This document shows, in pieces, positions 63,341 to 64,000 of a stretch of 64,000 nucleotides of DNA. The notes under the pieces were generated by a model that worked only from the letters and a program-made list of their open reading frames with translations, searched no databases and had not been told where the DNA came from. This DNA comes from an uncultured Acidobacteriaceae bacterium (lineage in GTDB: Bacteria > Acidobacteriota > Terriglobia > Terriglobales > Acidobacteriaceae): contig CAVRCN010000004.1 in assembly GCA_963719575.1 (NCBI GenBank), positions 226,875 to 290,874 on the forward strand, in the 5' to 3' direction. The translations under genes were made by a program, and so were the position numbers. Every line of letters begins with the position of its first letter. The first letter of the stretch is position 1.

Positions 63341-64000
63341 TGCGGACTACGTTCCTTCCCCACGATTACTCTGTGCTTTCGCGGCGCGGCCGGCGGAGGC
63401 AGCGTGGCAGCCTGCTTACCTTCCGCCAGGCTGATCAGGAAATCCTGCGCGCTGAAAGCGGCCGCGCCAACCGGAGGCTTGGTCTTGTGCTTCCCCTGCG
63501 GCGATTGCCAGGCGCGAATGTAGGTGGCATCGCGGAGCAAAACGCGCGCCTTGAGATTGTCGGCCAGATAAGCGCCGAGAATTTCATGACGCACGCGATC
63601 GCGCAACAGTTCGTCGCGCAGAGGGACCAGAACTTCCACGCGTTCGTAGAGATTGCGCGGCATCCAGTCGGCGCTGCCCATGTAGATTTCTTCTTCGCCG
63701 CCGTTGGCGAAATAGTAGATGCGGCTGTGTTCGAGGAACCGTCCGACGATGCTGCGCACGCGGATGTTGTCGCTCACGCCGCGCACACCGGGCCGCAGGG
63801 AGCAGATGCCGCGCACGATCAGATCAATCTCCACTCCCGCCTGCGAGGCGCGGTAAAGGGCCTGCACCACACTCTTATCCAGCAGCGCGTTCATCTTGGC
63901 GATGATGCGAGCCTCGCGGCCCTGGCGGGCGTGCTCGGCTTCGCGATCGATCAGCGCAATCGACTTCTCGGCCAGATCGAGTGGAGCGACCAGCAGCGGA
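63337..64000 (-). CDS. ppk1: polyphosphate kinase 1, C-terminal part (5' end outside window)
   Basis: Frame is open to the window edge. VEIDLIVRGICSLRPG...RSIVGRFLEHSRIYYF...YMGSADWMPRNL is the conserved PPK1 C2 domain. Confidence 0.9.
   Translation of the reverse strand, partial: PLLVAPLDLAEKSIALIDREAEHARQGREARIIAKMNALLDKSVVQALYRASQAGVEIDLIVRGICSLRPGVRGVSDNIRVRSIVGRFLEHSRIYYFANGGEEEIYMGSADWMPRNLYERVEVLVPLRDELLRDRVRHEILGAYLADNLKARVLLRDATYIRAWQSPQGKHKTKPPVGAAAFSAQDFLISLAEGKQAATLPPPAAPRKHRVIVGKERSPQ

Overview
This is a 64-kb, GC-rich chromosomal window with no rRNA, tRNA, CRISPR, transposase, integrase or phage genes that I can see. Gene content and the dense short palindromic intergenic repeats suggest an Acidobacteriota (Terriglobia-like) genome; this is inference, no search was run.

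Gene order, left to right:
- A FixH-like tail and a truncated CxxCP membrane-protein fragment.
- A four-gene, stop/start-overlapping operon of three FG-GAP/ASPIC (CRTAC1-like) proteins plus a solo RnfD/NqrB-like membrane protein.
- A LytS-type kinase and LytTR regulator, followed by a 70-aa protein built only of NQ heptads.
- A TonB-dependent receptor abutting a DipZ-like thioredoxin.
- Then myo-inositol-phosphate synthase, a GAF-ANTAR regulator, DedA, Nth and an S9 peptidase.
- A heme operon (ccsA-like, hemA, hemC, hotdog protein, paiB, hemD) in which hemC carries a 1-nt frameshift.
- A PAS-GGDEF-EAL protein, a class A beta-lactamase-like hydrolase, a GalT-like protein, MutS and NagZ-AnmK.
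- An orphan solute-binding protein, a YmdB-like phosphoesterase, an orphan TPR-secretin, DsbA, NadE and a GH3 beta-glucosidase.
- A membrane-protein gene frameshifted in an A5 run.
- A phosphate/polyphosphate block: propeller-phosphoesterase fusion, phoU-pstBAC without pstS, CHAD, a small membrane ORF, ppx, sixA and ppk1.

The most unusual items are the NQ-heptad mini-protein next to the LytTR system, the CRTAC1/RnfD-like operon, and a repeat family with conserved ends and a conserved apical loop but covarying stems. All family calls come from reading motifs by eye. Start codons are approximate.
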